A stretch of DNA of 64,000 bases from Eledone cirrhosa (lineage: Eukaryota): positions 218,550,001-218,614,000 of the forward strand of contig OZ024740.1 of assembly GCA_964016885.1 (NCBI GenBank), written 5' to 3'. A model generated the notes under the pieces. That model saw nothing but the letters and a program-made list of their open reading frames with translations. It ran no database searches and was not told the origin of the DNA. A program made the position numbers and the translations under genes. Below are positions 27,890 through 42,369 of the stretch, in pieces; the stretch's first letter is position 1, and every line of letters starts with the position of its first letter.

Positions 27890-30800
27890 AACGGCATTCC
27901 TCTTGTGTTCAACAACCCCTCTTGTGTTCAACACCCACTTATTGTGTTCAACGATCACCTCCTATGTTCAACAGTCGCTCCTTGTGTTCAACAACTTCTT
28001 GTGTTTAACAACCCCTCTTGCGTTTAACAATCTCCTCGTGTGTTCAACACCCACCTCTTGTGTTCAACACCCACCTCTTGTGTTCAACACCCACCTCTTG
28101 TGTTCAACACTCAACTCTTGTGTTCAACACCCACCTCTTGTGTACAACACCCACCTCTTGTGTTCAACACTCAACTCTTGTGTTCAACACTCAACTCTTG
28201 TGTTCAACACCCACCTCTTGTGTTCAACACCCACCTCTTGGGTTCAACACCCACCTCTTGTGTTCAACACTCCCCTCTTGTGTTCAACACCCACCTCTTG
28301 TGTTCAACACTCAACTCTTGTGTTCAACACTCAACTCTTGTGTTCAACACCCACCTCTTGTGTTCAACACTCAACTCTTGTGTTCAACACCCACCTCTTG
28401 TGTTCAACACTCAACTCTTGTGTTCAACACCCACCTCTTGTGTTCAACACCAACCTCTTGTGTTCAACACTCAACTCTTGTGTTCAACACTCAACTCTTG
28501 TGTTCAACACCCACCTCTTGTGTTCAACACCCACCTCTTGTGTACAACACCCACCTCTTGTGTTCAACACCAACCTCTTGTGTTCAACACTCAACTCTTG
28601 TGTTCAACACCCACCTCTTGTGTTCAACACCCACCTCTTGTGTTCAACACCCACCTCTTGTGTTCAACACCCACCTCTTGTGTTCAACACTCAACTCTTG
28701 TGTTCAACACTCAACTCTTGTGTTCAACACTCAACTCTTGTGTTCAACACCCACTTCTTGTGTTCAACACTCAACTCTTGTGTTCAACACTCAACTCTTG
28801 TGTTCAACACCCACCTCTTGTGTTCAACACCCACCTCTTGTGTTTAACACCCACCTCTTGGGTTCAACACCCACCTCTTGTGTTCAACACTCCCCTCTTG
28901 TGTTCAACACCCACCTCTTGTGTTCAACACTCAACTCTTGTGTTCAACACTCAACTCTTGTGTTCAACACCCACCTCTTGTGTTCAACACCTACCTCTTG
29001 TGTACAACACCCACCTCTTGTGTTCAACACCCACCTCTTGTGTTCAACACTCACCTCTTGTGTACAACACCCACCTCTTATGTTCAACACTCCCCTCTTG
29101 TGTTCAACACCCACCTCTTGTGTTCAACACTCAACTCTTGTGTTCAACACCCACCTCTTGTGTTCAACAACCACCTCTTGTGTTCAACACCCACCTCTTG
29201 TGTTCAACACCCACCTCTTGTGTTCAACACTCAACTCTTGTGTTCAACACCCACCTCTTGTGTTCAACACCCACCTCTTGTGTACAACACCCACCTCTTG
29301 TGTTCAACACCCACCTCTTGTGTTCAACACTCAACTCTTGTGTTCAACACCCACCTCTTGTGTTCAACACTCCCCTCTTGTGTTCAACACCCACCTCTTG
29401 TGTTCAACACCCACCTCTTGTGTTCAACACCCACCTCTTGTGTTCAACACTCACCTCTTGTGTACAACACCCACCTCTTATGTTCAACACTCCCCTCTTG
29501 TGTTCAACACCCACCTCTTGTGTTCAACACTCAACTCTTGTGTTCAACACCCACCTCTTGTGTTCAACACCCACCTCTTGTGTTCAACACTCAACTCTTG
29601 TGTTCAACACCCACCTCTTGTGTTCAACACCCACCTCTTGTGTACAACACCCACCTCTTGTGTTCAACACCCACCTCTTGTGTTCAACACCCACCTCTTG
29701 TGTTCAACACCCAACTCTTGTGTTCAACACCCACCTCTTGTGTTCAACACCCGCCTCTTGTGTTCAACACTCAACTCTTGTGTTCAACACCCACCTCTTG
29801 TGTTCAACACTCCCCTCTTGTGTTCAACACCCACCTCTTGTGTACAACACCCACCTCTTGTGTTCAACACCCACCTCTTGTGTTCAACACCCAACTCTTG
29901 TGTTTAACACCCATCTCTTGTGTACAACACCCACCTCTTATGTTCAACGCCCATCTCTTGTGTTCAACACCCACCTCTTGTGTTCAACACCCACCTCTTG
30001 TGTTCAACACCAACCTCTTGTGTTCAACACTCAACTCTTGTGTTCAACACTCAACTCTTGTGTTCAACACCCACCTCTTGTGTTCAAAACCCACCTCTTG
30101 TGTACAACACCCACCTCTTGTGTTCAACACCAACCTCTTGTGTTCAACACTCAACTCTTGTGTTCAACACCCACCTCTTGTGTTCAACACACACCTCTTG
30201 TGTTCAACACCCACCTCTTGTGTACAACACCCACCTCTTGTGTACAACACCCACCTCTTGTGTTCAACACTCAACTCTTGTGTTCAACACCCACCTCTTG
30301 TGTTCAACACCCACCTCTTGTGTACAACACCCACCTCTTGTGTTCAACACCCACCTCTTGTGTTCAACACTCACCTCTTGTGTTCAACACCCACCTCTTG
30401 TGTTCAACACCCACCTCTTGTGTTCAACACCCACCTCTTGTGTTCAACACCCACCTCTTGTGTTCAACACCCACCTCTTGTGTTCAACACTCAACTCTTG
30501 TGTTCAACACTCAACTCTTGTGTTCAACACCCACCTCTTGTGTTCAACACCTACCTCTTGTGTACAACACCCACCTCTTGTGTTCAACACCCACCTCTTG
30601 TGTTCAACACCCACCTCTTGTGTTCAACACTCACCTCTTGTGTACAACACCCACCTCTTATGTTCAACACTCCCCTCTTGTGTTCAACACCCACCTCTTG
30701 TGTTCAACACTCAACTCTTGTGTTCAACACCCACCTCTTGTGTTCAACAACCACCTCTTGTGTTCAACACCCACCTCTTGTGTTCAACACCCACCTCTTG

Positions 30801-33800
30801 TGTTCAACACTCAACTCTTGTGTTCAACACCCACCTCTTGTGTTCAACACCCACCTCTTGTGTACAACACCCACCTCTTGTGTTCAACACCCACCTCTTG
30901 TGTTCAACACTCAACTCTTGTGTTCAACACCCACCTCTTGTGTTCAACACTCCCCTCTTGTGTTCAACACCCACCTCTTGTGTTCAACACCCACCTCTTG
31001 TGTTCAACACCCACCTCTTGTGTTCAACACTCACCTCTTGTGTACAACACCCACCTCTTATGTTCAACACTCCCCTCTTGTGTTCAACACCCACCTCTTG
31101 TGTTCAACACTCAACTCTTGTGTTCAACACCCACCTCTTGTGTTCAACACCCACCTCTTGTGTTCAACACTCAACTCTTGTGTTCAACACCCACCTCTTG
31201 TGTTCAACACCCACCTCTTGTGTACAACACCCACCTCTTGTGTTCAACACCCACCTCTTGTGTTCAACACCCACCTCTTGTGTTCAACACCCAACTCTTG
31301 TGTTCAACACCCACCTCTTGTGTTCAACACCCACCTCTTGTGTTCAACACTCAACTCTTGTGTTCAACACCCACCTCTTGTGTTCAACACTCCCCTCTTG
31401 TGTTCAACACCCACCTCTTGTGTACAACACCCACCTCTTGTGTTCAATACCCACCTCTTGTGTTCAACACCCAACTCTTGTGTTTAACACCCATCTCTTG
31501 TGTACAACACCCACCTCTTATGTTCAACGCCCATCTCTTGTGTTCAACACCCATCTCTTGTGTTCAACACCCACCTCTTGTGTTCAACACTCAACTCTTG
31601 TGTTCAACACTCAACTCTTGTGTTCAACACCCACCTCTTGTGTTCAAAACCCACCTCTTGTGTACAACACCCACCTCTTGTGTTCAACACCAACCTCTTG
31701 TGTTCAACACTCAACTCTTGTGTTCAACACCCACCTCTTGTGTTCAACACACACCTCTTGTGTTCAACACCCACCTCTTGTGTTCAACACCCACCTCTTG
31801 TGTTCAACACTCAACTCTTGTGTTCAACACTCAACTCTTGTGTTCAACACCCACCTCTTGTGTTCAACACCCACCTCTTGTGTTCAACACCCACCTCTTG
31901 TGTTCAACACCAACCTCTTGTGTTCAACACTCAACTCTTGTGTTCAACACTCAACTCTTGTGTTCAACACCCACCTCTTGTGTTCAAAACCCACCTCTTG
32001 TGTACAACACCCACCTCTTGTGTTCAACACCAACCTCTTGTGTTCAACACTCAACTCTTGTGTTCAACACCCACCTCTTGTGTTCAACACACACCTCTTG
32101 TGTTCAACACCCACCTCTTGTGTACAACACCCACCTCTTGTGTACAACACCCACCTCTTGTGTTCAACACTCAACTCTTGTGTTCAACACCCACCTCTTG
32201 TGTTCAACACCCACCTCTTGTGTACAACACCCACCTCTTGTGTTCAACACCCACCTCTTGTGTTCAACACTCACCTCTTGTGTTCAACACTCACCTCTTG
32301 TGTTCAACACCCACCTCTTGTGTTCAACACCCACCTCTTGTGTTCAACACCCACCTCTTGTGTTCAACACCCACCTCTTGTGTTCAACACCCACCTCTTG
32401 TGTTTAACACCCACCTCTTGTGTTCAACACTCCCCTCTTGTGTTCAACACCCACCTCTTGTGTTCAACACTCAACTCTTGTGTTCAACACTCAACTCTTG
32501 TGTTCAACACCCACCTCTTGTGTTCAACACCTACCTCTTGTGTACAACACCCACCTCTTGTGTACAACACCCACCTCTTATGTTCAACACTCCCCTCTTG
32601 TGTTCAACACCCACCTCTTGTGTTCAACACTCAACTCTTGTGTTCAACACCCACCTCTTGTGTTCAACAACCACCTCTTGTGTTCAACACCCACCTCTTG
32701 TGTTCAACACCCACCTCTTGTGTTCAACACCCACCTCTTGTGTTCAACACCCACCTCTTGTGTTCAACACTCTACTCTTGTGTTCAACACTCAACTCTTG
32801 TGTTCAACACCCACCTCTTGTGTTCAACACTCAACTCTTGTGTTCAACACCCACCTCTTGTGTTCAATACTCCCCTCTTGTGTTCAACACCCACCTCTTG
32901 TGTTCAACACCCACCTCTTGTGTTCAACACCCACCTCTTGTGTTCAACACCCACCTCTTGTGTACAACACCCACCTCTTATGTTCAACACTCCCCTCTTG
33001 TGTTCAACACCCACCTCTTGTGTTCAACACTCAACTCTTGTGTTCAACACCCACCTCTTGTGTTCAACACCCACCTCTTGTGTTCAACACCCACCTCTTG
33101 TGTTCAACACTCAACTCTTGTGTTCAACACTCAACTCTTGTGTTCAACACCCACCTCTTGTGTTCAACACCCACCTCTTGTGTACAACACCCACCTCTTG
33201 TGTTCAACACCCACCTCTTGTGTTCAACACGCACCTCTTGTGTTCAACACCCAACTCTTGTGTTCAACACCCACCTCTTGTGTTCAACACCCACCTCTTG
33301 TGTTCAACACTCAACTCTTGTGTTCAACACCCACCTCTTGTGTTCAACACTCTACTCTTGTGTTCAACACTCAACTCTTGTGTTCAACACCCACCTCTTA
33401 TGTTCAACGCCCATCTCTTGTGTTCAACACCCACCTCTTGTGTTCAACACCCACCTCTTGTGTTCAACACCCACCTCTTATGTTCAACACCCACCTCTTG
33501 TGTACAACACCCACCTCTTATGTTCAACACCCACCTCTTGTGTTCAACACCCACCTCTTGTGTTCAACACCCACCTCTTGTGTTCAACACTCCCCTCTTG
33601 TGTTCAACACCCACCTCTTGTGTTCAACACCCACCTCTTGTGTTCAACACTCAACTCTTGTGTTCAACACCCACCTCTTGTGTTCAACACCCACCTCTTG
33701 TGTTCAACACCCACCTCTTGTGTTCAATACCCACCTCTTGTGTTCAACACCCACCTCTTGTGTTCAACACCCACCTCTTGTGTTCAACACCCACCTCTTA

Positions 33801-34140
33801 TGTTCAACACTCCCCTCTTGTGTTCAACACCCACCTTTTATGTTCAACACTCCCCTCTTGTGTTCAACACCCATCTCTTGTGTTCAACACCCACCTTTTG
33901 TGTTCAACACTCAACTCTTGTGTTCAACACTCACCTCTTGTGTTCAACACCCACCTCTTGTGTTCAACACCCACCTCTTGTGTTCAACACCCACCTCTTG
34001 TGTTCAACAACAACCTCTTGTTTTACCTGCACCCCTCTTGTGTTCAGTAGCACCCCACTCATTATCAGCAGTACCCTTCTTATGTTCAACAGCCCCCTCT
34101 TGTATTCACAGTATCCCTCTTGTGTTCAATAACCCTTCTC
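27890..34140. repeat. 20-bp satellite, ~300 copies (TGTTCAACACCCACCTCTTG)
   Basis: Exact 20-bp phase across 28040-34020, with degenerate monomers at both edges. Confidence 0.99.
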
Positions 34141-34307
34141 GTACCATTAACAGATTTCTCTTGTTGGTGTAATTGTTTTGTCGTGAAATAATGTTGTTCT
34201 GAATTATGTTCGTATCAGTATATTTTTATTCTATTCATGTAGACAACAGAGGGATCGTTTAAATCATTTTATAACAATTACATAAGTCATTATTGAGTTC
34301 ACAAATG

Positions 34308-34500
34308 GGCGGTGGATTGGCAGTATCGGTAGAGGGTCGGACACCATGCTTTGACGCAAAGAGTTACGGCCCTTTATGGTCTGAGTTCAAATCCCGCCGA
34401 GGTTAACTTTGCCTTTCATCCTTACGGTGCTGATAAAATAAAGTACCAGTAATGCACTGAGATAATTGCTGGTCTTGTGCCAAAAGTAGAAATAATTATT
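34308..34500 (+). mobile_element. Full-length SINE
   Basis: GCGGTGGATTGGCAG..GAGTTCAAATCCC..core..GTAGAAATAATT. Confidence 0.88.
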
Positions 34501-35136
34501 GAGTTCACAAATAGTAACATTTTGTTTATCTTTTTCGGTGTCTTTTCTTCGGTGTCTCCTTCGAGGTTGATTTTTTTCGTGTTCAGTCATGTTGTTTGTA
34601 GCGATTCTCTGCATGGCAAATTCAGATTTGAGACAAATACTGCTGACATCTTGAATAAAAGGTTTCTTCAATGAATGCAAGTAGAAGAATAACCAGTTGT
34701 TTAATAAAGCTGCTAGTTGTGGCATTAAGGTTAGACATAATATTATTTATTCATTTGTAAATTCAATGATAGTCTCCTACGCCAAACATACGTATGCATT
34801 ATGTATTGATGTATGCATTATGGATCATGTATGTATATATGTGCATTACGTATGTATATGCATTATGTATGTATATGCATTACGTATGTATCTATATATG
34901 TATGTATGTATTATAGACGTCTGTATCTATTTATATATGTATGTACCATATGTGTATATGCGTATATATATATATATGGGGGTGTAGGGGTGTATTTATA
35001 TGTAAGTGTGTATGTGTTTTTCTTCTTGTTACAGCTTACACTGAAGATACCGGGTATCGAACCCGGTATCATGTGTATATGAAAGCGTATATGTGTGTGT
35101 GTGTGCGTGTTCGTGTGTGTGCGTGTTCGTGCGTGT

Positions 35137-35202
<66 letters not shown>

Positions 35203-35339
35203 CTGTGTGGGTGGGTGTGAAATTACTTGCAGTTGTGAGTATGTGCATATTCGTATGCTAGTGTTAAGCGATGTGTGTGCAGACATATAGACATATATAC
35301 ATGCATACAAGTGTACATACACTGAAGCAACAATAATAC

Positions 35340-36225
35340 GCGCACACACACATATATACATATACACACACATACACGTACACACATACTCACACATACA
35401 CATATTCATATACATACACATATACATATACACACACAGATATACATACATATACACATACACACAAATGTAAATACACACACATATGCACACACATATG
35501 CACACATATACATACATATACACACATACATATACACACATGCATATACATATACACATATACTTATACACACACAGATATACATACACACACATATACA
35601 TATACACACATGTACACATACACACACGTACATATACATATACACACACACATATACACATACATACACACACACATACACACATATATACATATACATA
35701 TACACACACATATTCATACACATATACACACATACATATACATATACACATATGCACATACATACGTATACATACACACATATACATACAGATATACTCA
35801 CATATTCATACACATATACATATATACATACACACATATACACATACATATACATATACACACATATACATACACATATATACATGTACACACATATACA
35901 TACACACATATACACATATGCACATATATACATATACATACACACATATACATACACACATATATACATATACATACACACACATATACATATACACACA
36001 CATATACATACACATATACACACATACATATACATATACACACATACATACACACATACACATATGCACATACACACATATACATACAGATATACACACA
36101 TATACATACACATATACACACATATACATACACACATATACATATACACACATATACATACACACATATATACATGTACACACATATACATACACATATA
36201 TATACATATACATATCCACACACAT
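35340..36225. repeat. Compound (CA/TA) microsatellite
   Basis: Direct reading; similar tracts at 25375-25892, 45540-46205, 52560-53266, 62205-62565. Confidence 0.95.
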
Positions 36226-36453
36226 AACCGGCCCATCAGCCAGTCACCCACTTGTACACCGTCCTGTCTATTCTTGGTTTTTTACATTTCTTTTGATCTA
36301 TTTTGCCAACGGACATGATAGTTTCAATTAATATAGTTTGTAAAGTATGAATGGAGCTTTGTTTCCAAAGAGTACCACATTGAGAGCGTTATCAATGCGC
36401 ATGTCCACAATTTTAATAATGCTATAAACATCCATATTTACTTCACACTACAT

Positions 36454-36525
<72 letters not shown>

Positions 36526-36551
36526 TACACATATAATATAAATATATATAT

Positions 36552-36598
<47 letters not shown>

Positions 36599-36630
36599 CC
36601 CGTAGAGCAAATATTTATTATAATCTGTAC

Positions 36631-36685
<55 letters not shown>

Positions 36686-36690
<5 letters not shown>

Positions 36691-38118
36691 CAAATAACGA
36701 AACGAAATTAAACTTCGTTTCGTTTGTAACTCACTTTTGTATGACTGACGCTTAAACAATTAAGTTAAAGATGTACATCCATATATGTATACTGAAATAC
36801 TAGTATGTATATGAATACACACACGTATACATATGTAGATGTACCAAGTTTTTTCACTGGTCACTTTACTGTGAGTGGCCAGCTATTCTGTATGTAAGCA
36901 CACAGACAAACCGGTTTTTAGAGTCATACTGGTTTTTGAGGAAACACCTTTCCTCTATTCTCCAGAAAGCCAGACAAGGCAAGGCAAGGACAAGGACAAG
37001 GACAAGGACAAGGAATATTGCCAGCAATATTTACCTATCTTCCGGCCTCTCTAGAGAATCGTAAAAGCACATATCGTTATATGCTTTTTCTATGAAAATT
37101 AGTAGTGGGCAGACTAATTTGCATAGAGTGTGAGTAAGTACCGGTTCAACGGAGACGATAAAAACAAATAACGAAACGAAATTAAACTTCGTTTCGTTTG
37201 TAACTCACTTTTGTATGACTGACGCTTAAACAATTAAGTTAAAGATGTACATCCATATATGTATACTGAAATACTAGTATGTATATGAATACACACACGT
37301 ATACATATGTAGATGTACCAAGTTTTTTCACTGGTCACTTTACTGTGAGTGGCCAGCTATTCTGTATGTAAACACACAGACAAACCGGTTTTTAGAGTCA
37401 TACTGGTTTTTGAGGAAACACCTTTCCTCTATTCTCCAGAAAGCCAGACAAGGAATATTGTCAGCAATATTTACCTATCTTCCGGCCTCTCTAGAGAATC
37501 GTAAAAGCACATATCGTTATATGCTTTTTCTATGAAAATTAGTAGTGGGCAGACTAATTTGCATAGAGTGTGAGTAAGTACCGGTTCAACGGAGACGATA
37601 AAAACAAATAACGAAACGAAATTAAACTTCGTTTCGTTTGTAACTCACTTTTGTATGACTGACGCTTAAACAATTAAGTTAAAGATGTACATCCATATAT
37701 GTATACTGAAATACTAGTATGTATATGAATACACACACGTATACATATGTAGATGTACCAAGTTTTTTCACTGGTCACTTTACTGTGAGTGGCCAGCTAT
37801 TCTGTATGTAAACACACAGACAAACCGGTTTTTAGAGTCATACTGGTTTTTGAGGAAACACCTTTCCTCTATTCTCCAGAAAGCCAGACAAGGAATATTG
37901 TCTGGCTTTCTGGAGAATAGAGGAAAGGTGTTTCCTCAAAAACCAGTATGACTCTAAAAACCGGTTTGTCTGTGTGTTTACATACAGAATAGCTGGCCAC
38001 TCACAGTAAAGTGACCAGTGAAAAAACTTGGTACATCTACATATGTATACGTGTGTGTATTCATATACATACTAGTATTTCAGTATACATATATGGATGT
38101 ACATCTTTAACTTAATTA
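36686..38118. mobile_element. ~440-bp unit in ~2.7 tandem copies, then a fold-back inverted partial copy, within (TA)n
   Basis: Units start near 36686, 37160 and 37600. Inversion point near 37893 (AGACAA ggaata TTGTCT). Inverted arm runs to 38118. Confidence 0.88.
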
Positions 38119-38199
38119 TATATATATATATATACATATGTGTGTGTATATATATATATATAAAATCCTGTATTATTTACATGCAGGAACACATACTTT

Positions 38200-38267
<68 letters not shown>

Positions 38268-38283
38268 TAGAATAACAGATTAA

Positions 38284-38333
38284 AGTTTAAGCAAAGATCG
38301 CTGCTTTCGCCCTTAACGGGATCTTCTGAAACT
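38284..38333 (-). ncRNA. Hammerhead-like fold with U4A change
   Basis: Minus strand: AGTTT-CAGAAGA-TCCCGTTAAGGGC-GAA-AGCA..TGCT-T-AAACT. Its 3' half is also present at 22811-22852(+). Confidence 0.6.
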
Positions 38334-38416
38334 ACAGTTCTTATATATTTGATATATATTTATCCTTATCGAGCCCTCTTTGGATTTTAGTCTTCAAATT
38401 TATTATTATTAATATA

Positions 38417-38520
<104 letters not shown>

Positions 38521-38634
38521 GAGAGAGAGAGAGCAAGAATGAAGTGTTCATTCTACTGACATGGCTATAAAATTGAGGCTTGTTTGCAAAATTGCAAACG
38601 AATCGAATGTTATTAATATTCGAAAAACTCAGAT

Positions 38635-38725
<91 letters not shown>

Positions 38726-38810
38726 AAAAGGTAAATAGAAACAACAACACAATCGGTACAGTATATGGAAGGGATATATTAGGTTAACGCTTGATAAAGC
38801 AGGAAGAGGG

Positions 38811-38846
38811 TCTTAACGTTTCAGACTCTAGTCCTTCATCAGAAGA
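38811..38846 (-). ncRNA. Minimal hammerhead ribozyme
   Basis: Minus strand: TCTT-CTGATGA-AGGACTAGAGTCT-GAAACGTT-AAGA. Confidence 0.55.
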
Positions 38847-39286
38847 AAGAATGAGAAATAAGATAGATTGAGGGGACGGGCGGGATGGAATTGGAAAACA
38901 TGTCTTTAGATAAAAATAACAGGTCCATTCATGTTGACATCTCTTGCAATAATAATAAAGGCGAAGACTGAAATCCAAAGAGGGCTCGACTGCATACACA
39001 CACAGATATATATATGTTTGTGTGTGTGTGTGTGCAGTCGTGTACACGTGTAGAGATGAAAACTGTTTAGAAGCGCCTCGTATGGAGAACACAAGAGCCA
39101 GCCTTGTCACACTCTTGTGACAAGGTGAATCCCCCTGACGATTACTTTAAAGGAATACGGGTTTGTGGAATGTTAAGCTACTTTCACATTAATATTACGA
39201 GTAGACCGACGTTACGTTAGCCTAAACCGACGGAGATCCAATTACATATGTGCGTGTGTATGTATGTATATGTATATATATATATA

Positions 39287-39387
39287 TAGGGTGTCCCCCA
39301 AAAATGTGTATACACTTCAACAACGTTCTAATAAATATTGTTTGTCCAGGTAATCAAAGTGCGTGTCCATTTTCGGGGACACTGTGT
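39287..39387. mobile_element. Tc1-type MITE
   Basis: Imperfect TIRs TAGGGTGTCCCCCAAAAATG / CATTTTCGGGGACACTGTG within TA repeats. Confidence 0.6.
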
Positions 39388-39409
39388 ATATATATATATA
39401 TATTTATAC

Positions 39410-39494
<85 letters not shown>

Positions 39495-40049
39495 TTTATG
39501 TACATACGCACACACACATATATACAGTATATATATATGTGTGTGTGTGTGTGTTTATGTGTGTAATGTATATATATAAAATTAACCAATTAGCTAGTCT
39601 CTCAGGAATGTATTTCGTTGTTTTACCCAACATGCGTTTTTGTATCAAATTATGCTTTCTTTTCACAAATTGGCAACTCCAATACAAAGATAAGAAAGAA
39701 AGGAGCTATTTCAATCGGGAGTCTATTGTAATATGATTTATTACGACAACCTTGAAAAGAACAATTTATGTGTCATTGTATATATACGTATATATAATAT
39801 AGAGTTCTGGGGTTTATACGACAGCTCATTAAATTCACAGCATGTCAGCCCTGGCTACTATGAGAGAAGAAATGTTTGCCATGTTTATAGGAATATATGA
39901 AATTCGTTTATTATCATTATTATTTCCATTATTTTTTATTATTGCGCCTCATTACTGCTTTACCGAGCACAGCTCTGTGTGCCTTCGGTATGAATGAGCA
40001 GTGTAGTTTTTGCTGATGTTTCTTTTCGTAATAGGTGTGCAGTGTCTAG

Positions 40050-41064
40050 TAGTGCTACCTTTCGTGTGCTGTATATATTTGTAAGTTCCGGGGGTCTTGG
40101 CTATGCATTTGTCTGTGTTCCACGCGCTCACCGCCCTCTGCCAGCTTGGCACCAGTATCGGTGGAACATCCACCTCGGCGTTCTATAGAGGACTAGTGGA
40201 GGGGAAGAGTGACGACGTTCTCGGAGAGATCCTGGGCGTCGAAGAAGATCAACTGTTTGCTCTCTTCCGGAGAACTTTCAGCCCAGGGCCTATGGATAAC
40301 TTCCCAAAATCCCTAGCCTGGCAGTGCTACCGGTTCGAGATAAGCTCTACAGGCGCGGAAGTGCCGTCAACCGAGCCTGTCCGAGATGCGCGCACTCGTT
40401 CAGTGTCCGAGCATTCCTGACTTGTGGAGCTATGTCGAACAGTTGCTGTCGCGTGTAGGACTGATCCGGTTGTCGACTGAGTCCATTGTGCAGATGGTCT
40501 CGCCGTCTTCCTTCGAGGAGGAAGGGCAGGCGGTTTTCATCTGCCTGGTGGCCATGGCGAAAGAGATTGTGTGGTGGACAAGGTTGAAAGGGTTAAAGAC
40601 AGACACTTTCTTCTTCGGCGAATCCCTAATTAACTTTTTCAAATTTTACTTGAAGAGGAAAATCGGGGTGGAGAGGCAAGTGCTGCCTTCTAGCAAGTTT
40701 GTTGAAAGGTGGGTGAATATAGCGAGAATGGTCCGAGTGAACGGGACCGCTCTGAATATACGTCTGTAGTTTGAGAAATGGAAAAATTGAGAGAGGGCGC
40801 TTGCCCTGGTGGTCAGGGTGGCCGTGGTCTTTTGTGTGGTTTTCGCCACGAGTAACCCTCGGAGGTCTCCCCCCTATTGGGGAATTTTTCATTGTTTCAA
40901 TTTTCATTTTTATTTATATATATATATATATGTTTCTATGTCTTTTTCTTTTTCTTTTCTTATATAAATAATAAAAATCTTTACACGAACAAAACCCACA
41001 TCGTACCGTCCTGTGCCGTCTGTAATGTTTTTCTTGATGTCAGCCCTTGTGGCCAATAAAGAAA

Positions 41065-41117
<53 letters not shown>

Positions 41118-41120
41118 TTC
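40050..41120 (+). mobile_element. L1/Tx1-type LINE 3' fragment
   Basis: Frames 40097-40420 and 40386-40769 give LAWQCYR..HALVQCPSIPDLWSYVEQLL..AKEIVWWTR (ORF2 C-terminal Cys-rich region). AATAAA and an (ATT)n tail follow. Confidence 0.75.
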
Positions 41121-41244
41121 CTAAACATATAATTTTGTTTTTTACACGCAGAAATGCCCATTTGTACCATCCTGTGCTGTCCTTAATGTTATACTTTATG
41201 TCAACCCTTATGGTTAATAAAGAAACCATTATTATTATTATTAT

Positions 41245-41660
41245 TGATGGATTGGAAGTGTCGTTAGAGCGTTGGACATATAGTTATGGGCCTTTACGTT
41301 CTGTGTTCAAGTCCCGCCGAGATTAGTTTGCCTTTCATCCTTATGTGGTCGATAAAATAAAGTAGCGGTAATACATTGGAGGCGATTTAATCGACTTTCT
41401 CCTCCCCTTCAAATCGCTGGCCTTGTGCTTAAATTAGAAACCATTATTATTATTATTAAAGGTGGTGGATTGGCAGTATTGGTAGAGGGTTGGACGCCAT
41501 GCTTTCCAGCATAGTTACGTCCCTTTATGATCTGAGTTCAAATCCCGCCGAGGTTGACTTTGCCTTTCATCCTTACGGGGTCGATAAAATAAAGTACCAG
41601 TAATGCACTGGGTAATTGCTGGCCTTGTGCCTAAAGTAGAAACAATTATTATTATTATTT
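41245..41660 (+). mobile_element. Two tandem SINEs with (ATT)n tails
   Basis: Same family. Confidence 0.85.
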
Positions 41661-41689
41661 GCTTCGATTACTAATAAGACAATATCTAT

Positions 41690-41990
41690 ATATTTGTTGT
41701 GTGGAAAAGTTACAATGAATCCTTGAGAGGAATATATTCAGATAAGTAAAACAAATATCTTCAATTTTTGTTCATGACAGTGAAAGAAAGGTTTGGAAAA
41801 CGTCCATCTTTAATGTCATTTCCCAAGTCACCAGTTCATGCTTCTATTTCTATTGAAGGGGAAATGAAGACTTCTTCGATTATTTCCTTTAACATAAAAA
41901 AGGGAATGTCACATACAATTGGGGATGATATTATACCGAGCGTAAAGGAAATCACAGAAACGTTTATGAAGAATAAGTCTGAACCTATTC
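41690..41990 (+). pseudogene. hAT (Buster/Charlie-like) transposase fragment
   Basis: SFNIKKGMSHTIGDDIIPSVKEI resembles the conserved IAKxxKPHTIGExLIxP segment. Confidence 0.5.
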
Positions 41991-42369
41991 ATCAATACAA
42001 ACTACATTGTAAACTTGTAAAGCTACAGTGTACTGCATATCTGTACAACTCACTTTGTAAACTTAAGAAAGATTTGGAAGTTCGAGTTTATTTGCTTGTT
42101 TTTTTATCATATATTTATTTATTGTATCTTAAGAATATGCAGCACCTTTATTGGACTGCTTCTCGATTGGATTGCATACTGATAGTAAATTATACTAAGC
42201 CAGTTCTTGTCCTTTTATTGATATAAATGAGTAAAATGAACGTGAATCTTGACATTGTTCAAATATAGAAGCTTTGGTAATTTCTCCGGGTCTGAGCACA
42301 GCTGATTTCCTCCTGAGAAGGAGCGAGAAAGAATAAATAAGAAGAAGTGAGAAAGAAATATAAAGGAAG

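Noticed and set aside
28040-34020. CRISPR-like array with palindromic repeat
   Set aside because: No unique spacers, no cas genes, eukaryotic context
27903-34172. Long ORFs of up to 1455 aa
   Set aside because: The 20-bp monomer lacks plus-strand stop codons, so all three frames give the same peptide; this is a satellite artefact
34308-34400. tRNA genes
   Set aside because: A/B boxes belong to SINE heads; no complete cloverleaf
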